DNA of 64,000 nt from Podarcis liolepis (Eukaryota), in the NCBI GenBank assembly GCA_965112155.1, contig OZ218099.1, one strand, 5' to 3'. Below, piece by piece: positions 25,297-38,440 of this stretch. Position 1 is the first letter of the stretch, and each line of letters starts with the position of its first letter. Below the pieces are notes generated by a model, which saw only the letters and a program-made list of their open reading frames with translations, did no database searches and was not told the DNA's origin. Made by a program: the position numbers and the translations under genes.

Positions 25297-26964
25297 TCCT
25301 TCTCTATCTATTCCTGTTGCCTCATCAAACTTGTGCTGGCACAGCTAGTACCTCTCAAACACTGGGCTTCTCCCTTTCTCACTAAGATTGCCTGTTCAGC
25401 ACAACTCAGCTGGTGGCTTAGACTGATCCATTTATGGTGGAGAGAAGGTTTGGCATGGTGCCACACAGCATCATCATTATTCAGCTACTATTCCAGAATA
25501 ATATACTTGAAAAGCCACATTTTCATCTACTGCAAAAAATTAACTTTCGTAAAAGATCTGGAATGGATCCTCAGCATCTTAATTTGTGTGATATGTGCAC
25601 CATCCAAGTTTCTGAGTGGAAGGGTTGGAGGTTGGTGGGTGAGGTTTAGGAGAAGTCTCTTTTATGCCACTTCCTTCTGACTGCCTATGACAGCAATCAT
25701 TAGCTGCAGACAAAATTTCATCGCAATAACCAGGTTTTCCATAGCTCAGGCAGACACGTAGTTCCTCTTCTAATTTGCTTCACACCCACAACGTCAACAT
25801 TTCAGAATATTAGGCTTTAAATAGAAGAAAAGCTGCAAAAGGGCTATCCCTGTGCACATGCTAATAACTCCGACAATTACTTGATGGAGGAGCACAAGTG
25901 TCTGTAAGCGGTGTGACTACAATCACATAACTTTTCTTAATTTGGGCATAAACCATCATTAGTGTGGAAAGGAAATTGTACATCTGTGATGTTAAGTATC
26001 CTTAAAAAACTATTGTTCCCAAGATTTGGGGGGGGGGACGCCTTGATTGTAGGGAAAATGTATGCTATGGGTGTGATCTATGATACTTAGCCAAGCAAGA
26101 GATATATTTTTTTTATGCTGTACAAGAAATATGCTCCCAAAAGATGGTAATTTGCTCCAAGGCAGCAGTGGGCAACTGTGGCTTTGGCCTAATTTCATGC
26201 TGTTGGCAGAGTACCTGGAGGGAAAGAAGGGCGGAAGAAGACAAATGAAGAAGAACCAAAACAGATAGAACATAGGAGGGAGGAGGTGGGAAGCCCTCTG
26301 CAAGTCATCAGTTCAGACCTTTGGCAAGAGTGATATGTCCCTCCCACAACAGAGAGGAAAGACAGACAGAACCAGAAAGAAAGGACCCAACATTTAGCTC
26401 TGACCCCACCTACCACAAGCTTTAGTCCAGCCCCAGCTACTGCAGCTACACACCTCCTGCTGGATTACGCCTCTGTAGGATGCAGCTCTCTACAGAGAAA
26501 GAGAGTTCTTCACCTATGCATTAAGGAGAAGAAAGCCATGCAAAGTCAGAGAAGACTAGAAGAGAACGGGAAAGCAAGTCACAACTAGGATAGAGAACAA
26601 CTATGGGCAGTTCCTCACTATACATTTAAAGCACATTCAATGTACACTTAGAGCACATGACTCTCCCCCCAAGAAACCCAAGAGCTAGTTTTCCCCTCTA
26701 CAGAGCTACAGTTCCCAGCACCCGTAGCAAGTTACATTTGTATTCCTCTATTTTGAAGACTCCCCTCCATTTATTTTTGGATTTCTGCAAATGTGGGGAT
26801 TTCACCAAACCCTCTGATACCTGCCTCTTGTGCCATTTTGTTTATGAGCAAAGATGCCTAAAGACTGAAAATAAGAGGAAATGTGTAAATCCTTGAGTTC
26901 CATCTGTAGAAGGCCTTTCACATAACCCTTAAATGTCATTTGTGGAGGTCCGGGGGGGGGGGCA

Positions 26965-27285
26965 ACACAAGAACAGGTCTTTTCTGCAGTGGCTCCCCAC
27001 TTGTGGAATGCTCTACCCAGGGAGTCTTGCCTGGCACCATCATTATATTTGTTTAGACTCCAGGCAAAAGCTTTCCTCTGTAGCCAGGCTTTTGGCCTTT
27101 TAACTATCTGGGGCCTTTTAGAAGTGGGTGGGATGTTCTCTTTCCTCTTGGTTTTAATATACCTATGTGGTGCGGGGTGTGTGTGGTTTGTGTTTTTTGT
27201 CTGTTTATTTGTTTGGTTGTTTGTAAGCTGCTTTGGGTTGCCCTGGGCAAGATAAAACAACTAACAAATTTAGTAAATAATAAAT
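26965..27285 (+). mobile_element. Degenerate L2 3' end
   Basis: FSAVAPHLWNALPRE..FRLQAKAFL followed by an L2-type 3' UTR and A-rich tail. Confidence 0.65.
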
Positions 27286-30200
27286 GATAATATATATTGT
27301 AAACTTCTACCATGAAAGTTATTTAGCTGTCATAACAGGGAAAGCAAAGCTAAAGGTATTTGATAGACAGCATACATGCTACAATTCACCTAAAAACATG
27401 AAACATTTTATTTATTAAATGTGTTAGTCACTTTTTATCTAAAAGGTGTCTTACGTTTAAAAACATAGACACAAATTCATTGTGCTATAGAGGGGGGAAA
27501 AAATCATATAAACATTAGCATTTCATGGACCAAAGTGTTATGGGCAAAAGTCCAAAGCTGGATGACAAAGAGGTTCATATTTTTTTTAAAAAAATACAGA
27601 AAGCATTTATAAAACAAAAATATCAACAACAGCAACAGTAAACCACTTTCATAATTCAAAAGATTTAAACTCTGATAGGTTAATAACCTATTAATGCTTA
27701 TGTCCTTAGATAATCCTCTACCCTCTCTATCAACTAACGTTTTCACCTCCCAACATAACCATGAAAGACACTCACCCAGCTTTCTTAAAAATCTTCAGTG
27801 ATTGAGGTTCCAAAATTTTCTCTGGCTTTACATTTAGAAGATTAAGCTGCTTGCTAAAGAAGCTTACCTTTGGTGGGAGAAAGTACATCTAAAATTAGTC
27901 CACCTTAGGCTATTGAGCTCCAGTGAATGTTTTTATAAGTGGAAAAAATCACAAAATCCATGACCAGCCACGGCAGCATTTCCTCCCCCCCTTTTAAAGC
28001 CCCAGACTTTTAATGCATGGTAGTTTTGTAGGATCAGAATGGAGAGCATTTATTTATTTATTTGTAGTTCCAGGTTTGGGCAGACATGGGGCAAATTGCG
28101 ACCTTTCTGGTTTGGTTTTCAACATTGGCTGATGCCCTGACATATAGGCCAGCATCAGTCCCCCATAGCTGGCAGAACACAATGGATTGTGAAGTTGTGA
28201 TGCTGCAAGCATCACATACCTTTGGGCAAAAGAATGTTGGGTCAAAGGACTAGTCACAAGGTTCAAGCTTTGTGAAATTTCTTTGAATTATACTATACAG
28301 AAGCCCAGTCAGAGCTCAGATTGGAAAACGGTACCAACACAATGAAACAACAACAGAGCAATAAAGTACTTGTGTGTAGGAAAAATTATATTAGGTCTGA
28401 ACCAACAGGTTTTCACCTGAGAACCCTTAGCAAAATGGGACCTAAAATTGCAGTGGTGAAAGTTTGTAGGGATGATTTACCAAGTGTGCGGCAATGTACT
28501 TCCTCCGTGGTTACTTAAACGGGGTGGAGTGATACTGCATTTGTGGCACTGTTGAAGGCAATACCTTTTCCTGGCTATACTCCATGTTTACTTTTCCATA
28601 ATACCCCTGGAATAGCACTGCATCACAGCAAAGGGACAGTTTCAAGGAGCATTATTGGGAATTGGGGAAGTGAAAGCATTTTTAAAAAAACAAAAACCAG
28701 AATATCCCTCAGAATGTTGCATTGTGATGTTCATTCCAGGGACATGGTGCCCAACTGACTCCATAAACCCACTACTACCAAAGGTCAGTCTAAAAAGCCA
28801 AGGTTCTACCAATAGTCAAGAAGTAACCTGTGCTTGATAACACCTCCAAGCACAATGGTCTTGGGAGGCCAACACCAGGTACATATACTTGAAACTGACT
28901 GGGAAAGGATACTTGGAAAATGAGATGCTCAAAAGCCATCTATTGCCAACATGGCAAACAAGGTACACTGAGATGGGAGAAATGTAAGGCAGCTCTGAGC
29001 TACTTAATTCTACTTCCTCTCATAGACTCCCAATGCAATATTTCCCACCCAAACACATGACAAACAAAAAACACACACTAAAAGTAAACATCAAAATGTT
29101 TCTACAAATATATATATATATATGAAAATGTGTTTTTCAGGGGCTACATACTTGCTATTTTACAGTCCAACCCATGCTTTTACCATAAATCTGGATATTT
29201 TCCCATATAGCTTAGAAATTAGGAGCTAAATAACTCAGGGCAAGATCTTGGCTCTAGAGATGATTACCATGAACTCCACCCTCGTCTTGGCAATGGATGC
29301 CAAGGATGCTATCACTCTCTTCTGCCCCAGAATAAAGCCCAGCCAGCTCTTGCATCATGGCCTTGCAATTCTCTTTTCCCAGCATATTGATTTAAATGTT
29401 AGGCTCTTGTCAAAATGTTTAGCAGGTTGGTCCACTCAAAGGTTCCATATAATTTGAGAATCTTCCATATTTCAGGTTTCTGTCTTGTTTTTAAAGAAAG
29501 TGTGTTCAGTTACTTTGCTGTTCAGATGTTCTTTGTTTTAGAAGGTCTATATTTAAAAAATAATAATTAATTAGACACTAAATGTTTTTAAGATTTTAAG
29601 CTCTCTTATGATCCTATACTGATTTATGGAATAAACATAGAAGCAAACGCTGTGCCATTTGGTTTATATGTTGCTAACTCTAGACTGTCCTTTAATTTCT
29701 TCATGACATCCCATTTGCTTTATTTTGGACAGTTCCTTTAAGGTGGAATGCAAGGAATGGTATCCTTAATTGCCATTTAATCAGGGAGCCTAATTAAGTC
29801 TTAGCACAAAACATTTCCATGGGAAAGCATCTACATATGGTTAATTGCAGCTGGAATAGCAATTATAGGCAGTCACTGCACAAACATGAATAGTTCATAA
29901 AAATTAGGAATGCTGAAAAAGAGAGCTCAGTTTTCTCAAAGCTCAGAAATTTCTGAAAAATTATCCTTAGTATGAACATAACATTGCTATGTGACTTTCC
30001 TGGCTGATGATTAATTGTAAATAGTTTATGAAATTATTTTTTAAAAACCTGGTTTTTCACTAGATTTTGTTTTTGATATTTTAATAAGTTAGATTGATAT
30101 ACGGTGTGATCATTTACCAAATACTGCTCATCTTTCAGTAGGATCAATGTGTAACTATTGAAGGCATATTATTATACTATACCGGAAATTTGGATAAATA

Positions 30201-30289
30201 TTGCATGATAAGGCACAAACCACAAAGGACTTTTCCCCATGCTAATGTGCAAAAAAATTTTATATCCTAGGTTTAGGAATGGAGGAGGA

Positions 30290-30703
30290 ATAATAATAAT
30301 ATTATAATAATTTATTATTTATACCCCACCCATCTGGCTGAGTTTCCCCAGACACTCTGGGCGGCTCCCAATCAAGTGTTAAAAACAATACAGCATTAAA
30401 TATTAAAAACTTCCCTAAACAGGGCTGCCTTCAGATGTCTTTTGAAAATAGGATAGCTGCTTATTTCCTTGACTTCTGATGGGAGGGCGTTCCACAGCGC
30501 GGGCGCCACTACCGAGAAGGCCCTCTATCTGGTTCCCTGTAACCTCACTTCTCACAATGAGGGAACCGCCAGAAGGCCCTCAGCGCTGGATCTCAGTGTC
30601 TGGGCTGAATGATGGGGGTGGAGACGCTCCTTCAGGTATACAGGACCGAGGCCGTTTAGGTTGTTTAAACATCAGCACCAACACTTTGAATTGTGCTCGG
30701 AAA
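30290..30703 (-). mobile_element. Young L2 LINE 3' fragment
   Basis: Closely similar to 17320-17733 (CCCATCTGGCTGAGTTTCCCCAG..CTCTGGGCGGCTCCCAA..AAACAGGGCTGCCTTCAGAT). Confidence 0.85.
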
Positions 30704-31062
30704 TTTTAAACAGATTTATACCCTGAATTTGGCAGTTCTAACCCAATTGACGCTGGCCTGCATCTGACCACATCTTGTCTCAAGTTTGACCAAGCCATTC
30801 ATGCATTGCTGAGTTCTCTTTTTTAAAATGTTGAACTAATTATACACAAGATTATGTGTACATATGTGTACATTTAATATACATTTAAAATGTATAAAAG
30901 AATCAAGATGAGTATTTTATGCAGTTATATGCATTGGTGCAGGTATCTGTTTATGTGCTGATTCCTTTGAGAAACATGGGGTATAATATCTGTATAATAC
31001 ATGTAATATACAAGAAGAGTTTTTAGAGGAACAGGTAAAAAATGACAGAATTGGGGGGGTGG

Positions 31063-31296
31063 ATCATAGAGTTGGAAGAGACCACAAGGGCCATCGAGTC
31101 CAACCCCCCTGCCAAGCAGGAAACACCATCAGAGCACTCCTGACATATGGTTGTCAAGCCTCTGCTTAAAGACCTCCAAAGAAGGAGACTCCACCACACT
31201 CCTTGGCAGCAAATTCCACTGTCAAACAGCTCTTACTGTCAGGAAGTTCTTCCTAATGTTTAGGTGGAATCTTCTTTCTTGTAGTTTGGATCCATT
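31063..31296 (-). mobile_element. Young CR1 3' fragment
   Basis: ATCATAGAGTTGGAAGAGACCACAAGGGCCATCGAGTCCAACCCCC.. is the reverse complement of a CR1 terminus. Confidence 0.85.
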
Positions 31297-32198
31297 CAAA
31301 AAATCCCTATCTAGAATCACAGAATTCTAGGGTGGGAAGTATACTGAAACATATTTTACTATGTTCTATATATGCTGCAACCTGCCCAGAGTGGCTGGCA
31401 AAACCCAGTCAGATGGGTGGTGTATAAATATTATCAATTAATTAATTAATCCCAATCCACAAGCCTGGAATGACCATCATCCAATCTTCCTCACTTCTAA
31501 TAGATTATATATTTGTATTGCACCACAAAGAGAGAATATGAGGCATGGGGAGAAGCATTGCATAGACCAAAAATTGGGAGGTGCAAACCAAAGCAGTAAT
31601 ACTTTTAAGATAAAGAGCAAAGTTTAATTAGGACTGGAATAATCAAAGCAACTGGTCATTTAGTTATATGCTGGGGTATATGTTTCCCATTGCAGTTCTG
31701 ATTTTCAAGTTGGAATTAGATGCATTTATTCACAGGCTAATTTATTATGCTAATTAGTTCATTCACAATTACTGCACCATAACAACCAAAGGCAACTGTC
31801 CTCCTCCAGAGAAAGCGCAAAATAATCCCTTTTTGAAAAATGCATTCAGTAATTTTCCGTGTGAATTTCTAGAGTGTAGGGAAAGGGCATGGATGAAAAA
31901 GGGTGAAAGGGATTAGAAAAAATATTATGCAAGTCCATTCTACCAAAGCTGGCCAAGTAATGTTCAGAAATACTGTGGAAGACTCCGAAAATAGTCAGAG
32001 TTGGAGAGTCTAGTAAAAATTCCTCTGATTTAAGATCTTGTCATCTTCAAAGTATCCTTTCTCTAGCCCAGTGTTAATTAATTCAGTGGAGCATACTCCC
32101 ATTGAAGTGGGTATAGGATTGCTGCGTATTTCTGGCCTGTCTCTGTATTGCATGTGTTAATTGAAAAATCCTTCCTAATGCCATGTTAAACCCTAGGC

Positions 32199-32220
32199 TG
32201 TTGTTGTTGTTGTTGTTGTT
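32199..32220. repeat. (GTT)7 microsatellite
   Basis: Seen directly. Confidence 0.85.
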
Positions 32221-34884
32221 TTAAATGTATCTTTAAATTCATATTTTACCCCCAAAATACATATTCAGTGTGTATTTTATATCAACATACACATCTCTAA
32301 ACATATTTTACCCTAAAATTGTGAAAGCTTTTGCATGTTCTTGTACTGTTTTTGAGCCAAGAACTTTATTACAAAATTCGAAGAAGTGCAAAATCCTAAG
32401 GAAAATTACATGTGAATTAGGGCAGTAAATTAGTTCAGGAGGTGTAAATTAGGTTAAACCACTTAAAATGAGATTCTTCTCCGTGTCTACTAACAGCACC
32501 GTCTTAGACATATCTGTTCAGAATGGGGTTTATTCCAAGATAACCCTAAATGCATGTATATTAAAGAAAGAGTGAGTGTTGGGAGGACACAATCTAGATG
32601 AAGTTAAATGCTTTTAAACCCAGGGCAGTCCAACATTTCATACCAAATGGGCTGCAAGAGCACACAGAACCCAAGGGCTGCACACAACTTTGTTGCATGG
32701 GAGGTAGAGTGAGAGCAAAGTTTGACACACACACACACACACAAGCCCTTCACGCTGCCTTCCCAAAGCTGGCTAAGCTTTGAGTAGGAGCTGCAAGCAT
32801 CTGGCAGAGCCCTAGAGCCTTCCTATTTCCTTTCCAAAGCTGGGAAAGTGCTAACTAGATTTGTGGAAGAAGACAGGAGACAGGAGGCCTTTAGGACCTT
32901 ATCAGAGCCCTCATACCTCCTTCCCAAAGCCCAGCACCTTGCTTACCAGCACAAGGGCTGCAGGGAGCATCAAATCTTGTCGAGAACCACCAAAATAGGT
33001 CTTGAGAGTCACATGTCGCCATTGGACCACGTGCTGGACCACTCTGCTTTTGAATCCATTGATTCCAATGTAAGACGTTCAAATACAGGTATATGCTTAA
33101 TGCTTCTGTAGAAATCAGTGGGACTTACAGTATTTTAAATCTGGAGTGGCATTCAAGTATTTCCATTATGCACAGAGAACCAACAACAAATAAACTCTGC
33201 CCTCTGTCTGTTGTTTGTTTTCACTAAAATTGAGAGTAGGAAAACATCATATAGACTGGTTTTGAACCAACATAAGGGCTGTGCAGCATTCCAACCATAG
33301 GAATGCAGAATCTACTGCATATGAAGGAAAATAATGATAACACCTTAGGGCTCACCTGTGAATCTCCAAATAAAATTCAGTGCAAGACATGATCCCAAGG
33401 AGAATGCACTGAAATTATCTGTAAGGTGCGCCAACCTTACAGATGTGAATAGTTAATTGCAGAAAGTATCAGCTGCTTGCTAGCATTAGCTACACCATCA
33501 AAGCTTTTATTTTTAAGTTTTACTTAAATAATCAGAATTGTTCTAAACATACTGGTAATAGCTTCCCTTCTAGTTAGTGGCCTATGGAGCTTGTGTTTTC
33601 TGTAGCGACTTCTCTGCTATCAAATGGTAGAATACAGCCTTACCTCTAGTATTGTCTTATTCATTTCAACACGGTTATTTTGGAGAAAGGCGTTTCAGAA
33701 CTGCCATATTCAGTAATATATGTTTTATTTAAAATACCCTTTTATTACAGCAGCTTCATGGAGAAATTGTGGCAGCTGAAAGCTCTGTGAAAAATGGACG
33801 TAGTGTTGAAATAAATGGAGAAAAAAGGAACGTGTGTTGCTTTGTCAATATATTAATGAAATTCAATCAGCATGCAAAGCAAAAGAAGGCCAGTTTTCAC
33901 CTATTGACCTCTTGCAAAATATATAAAAACTTATCTTGAGCTCCTACTTTTTGAAGTGAGATGAAAGGCACTGCTTCGGTTTATCTCTTACCTTCAGAGC
34001 AAGCTTACTGATTGTTTGTCCTTATCACTTCAAGCCAGAAACTTACCAAGATTGCTAGACACTTCAGCAGCACACAGTTTTAAATTCCCAATTTGGCAGG
34101 AGGTGGAGATTTCTTGTTTCCATTTAAACTGCTTTCATTTCAAAATGAAATCCCATTTAAACCCAAAGGTTTGGATTGAAGCCTGAGGATCAAAAGAAAA
34201 GGGGAGGAAAAAAAGAAATTTGGGTTTAACTTGAATTGGTAGCTGAAAAGGTAACAGTCACATTCAATTGCTTTTCAGCTCCAATTTCTTGCACTCAGGC
34301 CAAACAAAATCGTCCTCCCTCCCCTGTGTTTATAATAGGACTGTCATATGTTTTTAATTTATTGTCATAGCCTTGAGCCATCATAAAAGATTATACAAAA
34401 CATATGAACAGACCACTCCCCGCCAGAAAATTGGATCGTATTAGTCCAATGTATCAAATAACAATCACAATCATTATGAAATTGTTGGTCTTACCTTAGC
34501 AGCTAGAAAAGGGATATAACATATAGTATATTGTTATGAGTTCAGGGATGCCAAACCCCTCTCAACTCTAGAATCCAGTAAGCGTTAGGATTTAATCAAG
34601 ACTTGGGGTGTTAACCAGAGTGCTAGATACATCTAATCTCTGGAGCCAGCAAGTGTTAAAAGATAACCAAGTCAGGTTAGCCTCCTGGCAAAGTGTAAGG
34701 AGTAAGGAGAACAAAGGAATCAGCTCTGTGGGAGATGCAAATGGGGGGTTCCCTTCTCCCTCCCTCTACTTGCAGCTAGTGAGAAGGACCAAAACCAGAG
34801 TTTATAGCTGAAAGTGTGTGTAGTGTGACCTAGAAGGGGGGAAAGCAGCAAACTGGAGAAAGTGTCAGGGAACAATATTTGAGT

Positions 34885-34998
34885 ATGTGACACAATGAGT
34901 CAGTTTGTCTGGCTGTTAACCAGTAGGTTGGTGGTTCAAACCTGCCCAGGGATCGCTGTGGGCAGAATTCCTGCATTGCAGGGCATTGGACTATATGA
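34885..34998 (+). mobile_element. Degenerate tRNA-derived SINE with CR1-like tail
   Basis: GGTTGGTGGTTCAAACC B-box followed by ATTCCTGCATTGCAGGG..TTGGACTA.ATGA. Confidence 0.5.
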
Positions 34999-35424
34999 AA
35001 TAGCCAAAAGAAACTTCTGCCAAATATTTGCAAATTTATCTGGAGTCACCATTTTTAGATAGCTCTTATTAGTTATGAGGGTCAAGAGGTCATGAGATCA
35101 TGAGTGTGTGTGTCTGTGTCTGTATGTCTGTCCTTTTTATGGCATATATATATATCAAACCCTATTTCCAGAATGATAGTAATATGTTACATCCCCAAAG
35201 CATATGGCAAATGCCCTCTCCTGTAGCAGCAATTGTGGCAAGAGGCTAGGCCTTGAGTACACAAGCAGGCTGGTGTCCAATGCATTTGAAATATTTATTT
35301 GTTTGATTAACTTAAGTCTGGGACCCAGAGGAAACCTTCCCTGCAAACAATGCAGCCTTCCATTTGAGTGGCTGCATAAGCAAAGGGAGCTCTCCATTCT
35401 CTTGCTACCTAGGATGATCTAATG

Positions 35425-35560
35425 CAGGCTTTCTCAACCTCAGCCCTCCAGATGTTTTTGGCCTACAACTCCCATGATCCCTAGGCGGCAGGACCAGTGG
35501 TCAGGGATGATGGGAATTGTGGTCTCAAAACATCTGGAGGGCCGAGGTTGAGGAAGCCTG
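35425..35560. mobile_element. hAT MITE related to the 21222/22716 family
   Basis: TIRs CAGGCTTTCTCAACCTC / GAGGTTGAGGAAGCCTG; same internal sequence in opposite orientation; no TSD seen. Confidence 0.8.
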
Positions 35561-35588
35561 CATCACACAAGCACTAGCAAATATATTG

Positions 35589-35704
35589 GTAGCCGTGTTG
35601 GTCTGCCATAGTCAAAATAAAAAAATTCCTTCCAGTAGCACCTTAAAGACCAAGAACTAACTTAGTTGGTCTTTAAGGTGCTACTGGAAGGAATTTTTTT
35701 ATTT
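35589..35704. mobile_element. Penelope-like element remnant arranged as a fold-back
   Basis: Starts GTAGCCGTGTTGGTCTG..AGCACCTTAAAGACCAA, which resembles reptile Penelope termini; perfect 40-bp inverted arms 35614-35653 and 35666-35705; 14-bp direct flanks TAGCAAATATATTG. Confidence 0.75.
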
Positions 35705-36809
35705 TAGCAAATATATTGTTGAACATATATGGTTTTCAATGGTTCAAAGAAACGGGGGGGGGGGGATGACCCCAAACCAAAGGCAGCCGCTATTTCCAAG
35801 CATCTGTGCCAAATTAAGTCATGCTGCTTTTGCACCACTGCATATATTGCCACACTGCCAAACCAGTCTCATTCTGTAATTCAGCAAAGAGCTTAAAGGG
35901 CAAGACTTCTACTCTCTGTCCTGGAGCAGAGATATCTTTGCTGAAATGGCATTAGTCTCCTCTGACTAATCATAAACACTCCTATATCTGCTTAACAAGG
36001 GCCCAATTGCATGTTATGTTAGACACAACTATTAAAAACCATGTTTACGCTGGTCACTTTTATTTGGAAAAGAAGTCAGCTATGCATCTGGATCACACTC
36101 CCAGGCAAGACTGGGGGGCTCACACCCATTTTCCATCCCAAAACTATAGCTCTTATTTTACCCTGAAGGGTGCTGTACAAAATAAAACTGGCCAACTTAA
36201 TCATGTCTTTTTTTGAAAAGGATGGTTAATTTAGCATGTAGTTTGGCTCCTAGTACAAGCTTTCCCTTAAAGTATGAACAGAAAGTTTCTGCTCTCAACC
36301 CTCCTGATCAGACTGGAACATATTTTGCAAGTGTGAGAAGTGATCTACATTCTTCCAAGGTTTAGTTTTTTTCATGCCTCAGAGTCTGAACTTAGATTTC
36401 AGCATTGGCAGTGCTGCTCCAAAAGCAGTTCTCAAAACTAAGGTGTCACTCTTCTAGTGGCTAGAAATGGAGCACAGCATCACAGTGCAGACAGGATAGC
36501 ATGACTTCCCCAAATAGCAACTGCTAGCAGCAAAGCTAGATATGCTACAGTCTCCCCACTGTCAGAAGCAAAACATTTTGGTCTCTCTCCTTCGTATCTC
36601 TTCAGTAATTATTACTTATTGGATACTCACTCAGTTCAAAGTGTTAATTGACTTCGGTAGACTTGAAGACAATCAGTTATATGCTAGAAATCAGAGAATT
36701 CAGTGATTAAAGAGCATTGTAAAATGTATAAATTTACACTCATGCACATCCCTTAATCTTGAATATACAACCCACCACAACAGATTTTTCAGTACATTTT
36801 CTCCTCATA

Positions 36810-36878
36810 CTCAACTTAAGCCGAATTTTCCAGATAAAACATTATTTCTTTTATCTGGAAAATTCAACTTAAGTTGAG
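36810..36878. repeat. 30-bp inverted repeat with 9-nt spacer
   Basis: CTCAACTTAAGCCGAATTTTCCAGATAAAA-CATTATTTC-TTTTATCTGGAAAATTCAACTTAAGTTGAG; 28/30 complementary. Confidence 0.9.
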
Positions 36879-37517
36879 ACATGGGTCATCAGTTGACTAG
36901 CAACACAATCTCATTACCCAGAATCTTGCTGACACCAAGGCATCTATGAAAAGCGTCATCTTCAATAGGCATCTTGATCCTCATCCCACTATCTCCCTCG
37001 GTTTTCAGAACCATGGCGTAATGGATAGAGAGAACCCCTTAATCTTCACTCAACCACCCACACTTGGAAGTCAATGTTAAATATTCATTCCTTTCTTGGG
37101 TATAAGGTAGCTGAAGAGTTAGTTGGCCAAGGGCAGTATGTTCAGTGGTAGATAGGAGCACTACAGCTGGAAAACTATTTGAGAGATGGAAATTAAAAGG
37201 AGGAAATGTGTATTTTCAGGATCCCTAAGCATTAAATATTAATGCTGTTTGCTAAATAACTGTATATGAAACAAACTATCATTTCTGTGCTATAGAAGAA
37301 TATTTGGCCCATTAATTCTCAGAAGAACCTGCAGTTTACAATCTGAGCATGTACTTTAACAGCATGTGGATCATTTGGCAGGTCAAAAAAAATTGAATTC
37401 TTTTGTATAATTAGCTTTCATTACCCCTTTTTACAAGGCAACTTCAGTTAAATCTCCTGAATTCTCATGTATCCATTTAAATCTCTGTACAACACCAGAT
37501 TGTAATTCTGGAAGTCG

Positions 37518-37574
37518 TCTTCTTCTTCTTCTTCTTCTTCTTCTTCTTCTTCTTCTTCTTCTTCTTCTTCTTCT
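37518..37574. repeat. (TCT)19 microsatellite
   Basis: Seen directly; explains the poly-R and poly-K ORFs. Confidence 0.95.
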
Positions 37575-38060
37575 GTTGTATTCTGCAAAGGATTGCTGAC
37601 ACAAAATGAATGCATTCACATCTGAATGCTGGGTAGATTGTATGTGCACTTTGGGACCACTTAGCAAGCACTTGCCAGCCTGATAGCTCAGCTTGTGTTT
37701 AAAGCACTGTTCATAGCATCCAGCAAGCAACATCTGCAGAGTGCCTTGCAAGTTATACTGTCATCTGCATATAAATTAAACTGAGAATTTAAAGTGGAAT
37801 GTTAGAAACTTCCTTAGGATACAGGCAGGGACTAATGGCAATCAAAGGTTCACACAGATTTCAAATTCAAAGTTCCTTCTCTGATGCAATTAAATGAAGC
37901 TGATTAGTAATTATCAGGGAAATAATTCACATTAAATATGATATTTATGCTCAAGCTGATAGCTAGATTTCACTCTCCACTTGCCATATCATTATTAATA
38001 GGATATGTATTATCAACATGGAAAATATACGGAAGATGCCCCAAATCAATATATATTATA

Positions 38061-38286
38061 CAGTGGTACCTCGGGTTACAGACGCTTCAGGTTACAGACT
38101 CCGCTAACCCAGAAATAGTACCTCGAGTTAAGAATTTTGCTTCAGGATGAGAACAGAAATTGTGTAGCAGTGGCACGGTGGCACAAGAAGGCCCCATTAG
38201 CTAAATTGGTGCTTCAGGTTAAGAACAGTTTCAGGTTAAGAACGGAGCTCCAGAATGAATTAAGTTCTTAACCCGAGGTACCACTG
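38061..38286. mobile_element. Tigger-like MITE (family A, opposite orientation)
   Basis: TA-CAGTGGTACCTCGGGTTA...TAACCCGAGGTACCACTG-TA. Confidence 0.85.
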
Positions 38287-38338
38287 TATAGGGATATACA
38301 CAGGAAGCTTTGAACCTTTCTTCAGTCTCTAAGAAGCA

Positions 38339-38440
38339 TGGGTAGCATTCAACTAAGTTTTACTCAGACTAGGTCTACTGATATAGGTTCATTAATTTCA
38401 GTGTGTCTTCTCTGAATAAAACTTAGTTGAATACTGCCAC
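38339..38440. mobile_element. Old palindromic MITE-like element
   Basis: ATTCAACTAAGTTTTA / TAAAACTTAGTTGAAT inverted arms. Confidence 0.55.

Noticed and set aside
37431-37751. Poly-Arg and poly-Lys ORFs
   Set aside because: Translation of the (TCT)19 microsatellite.
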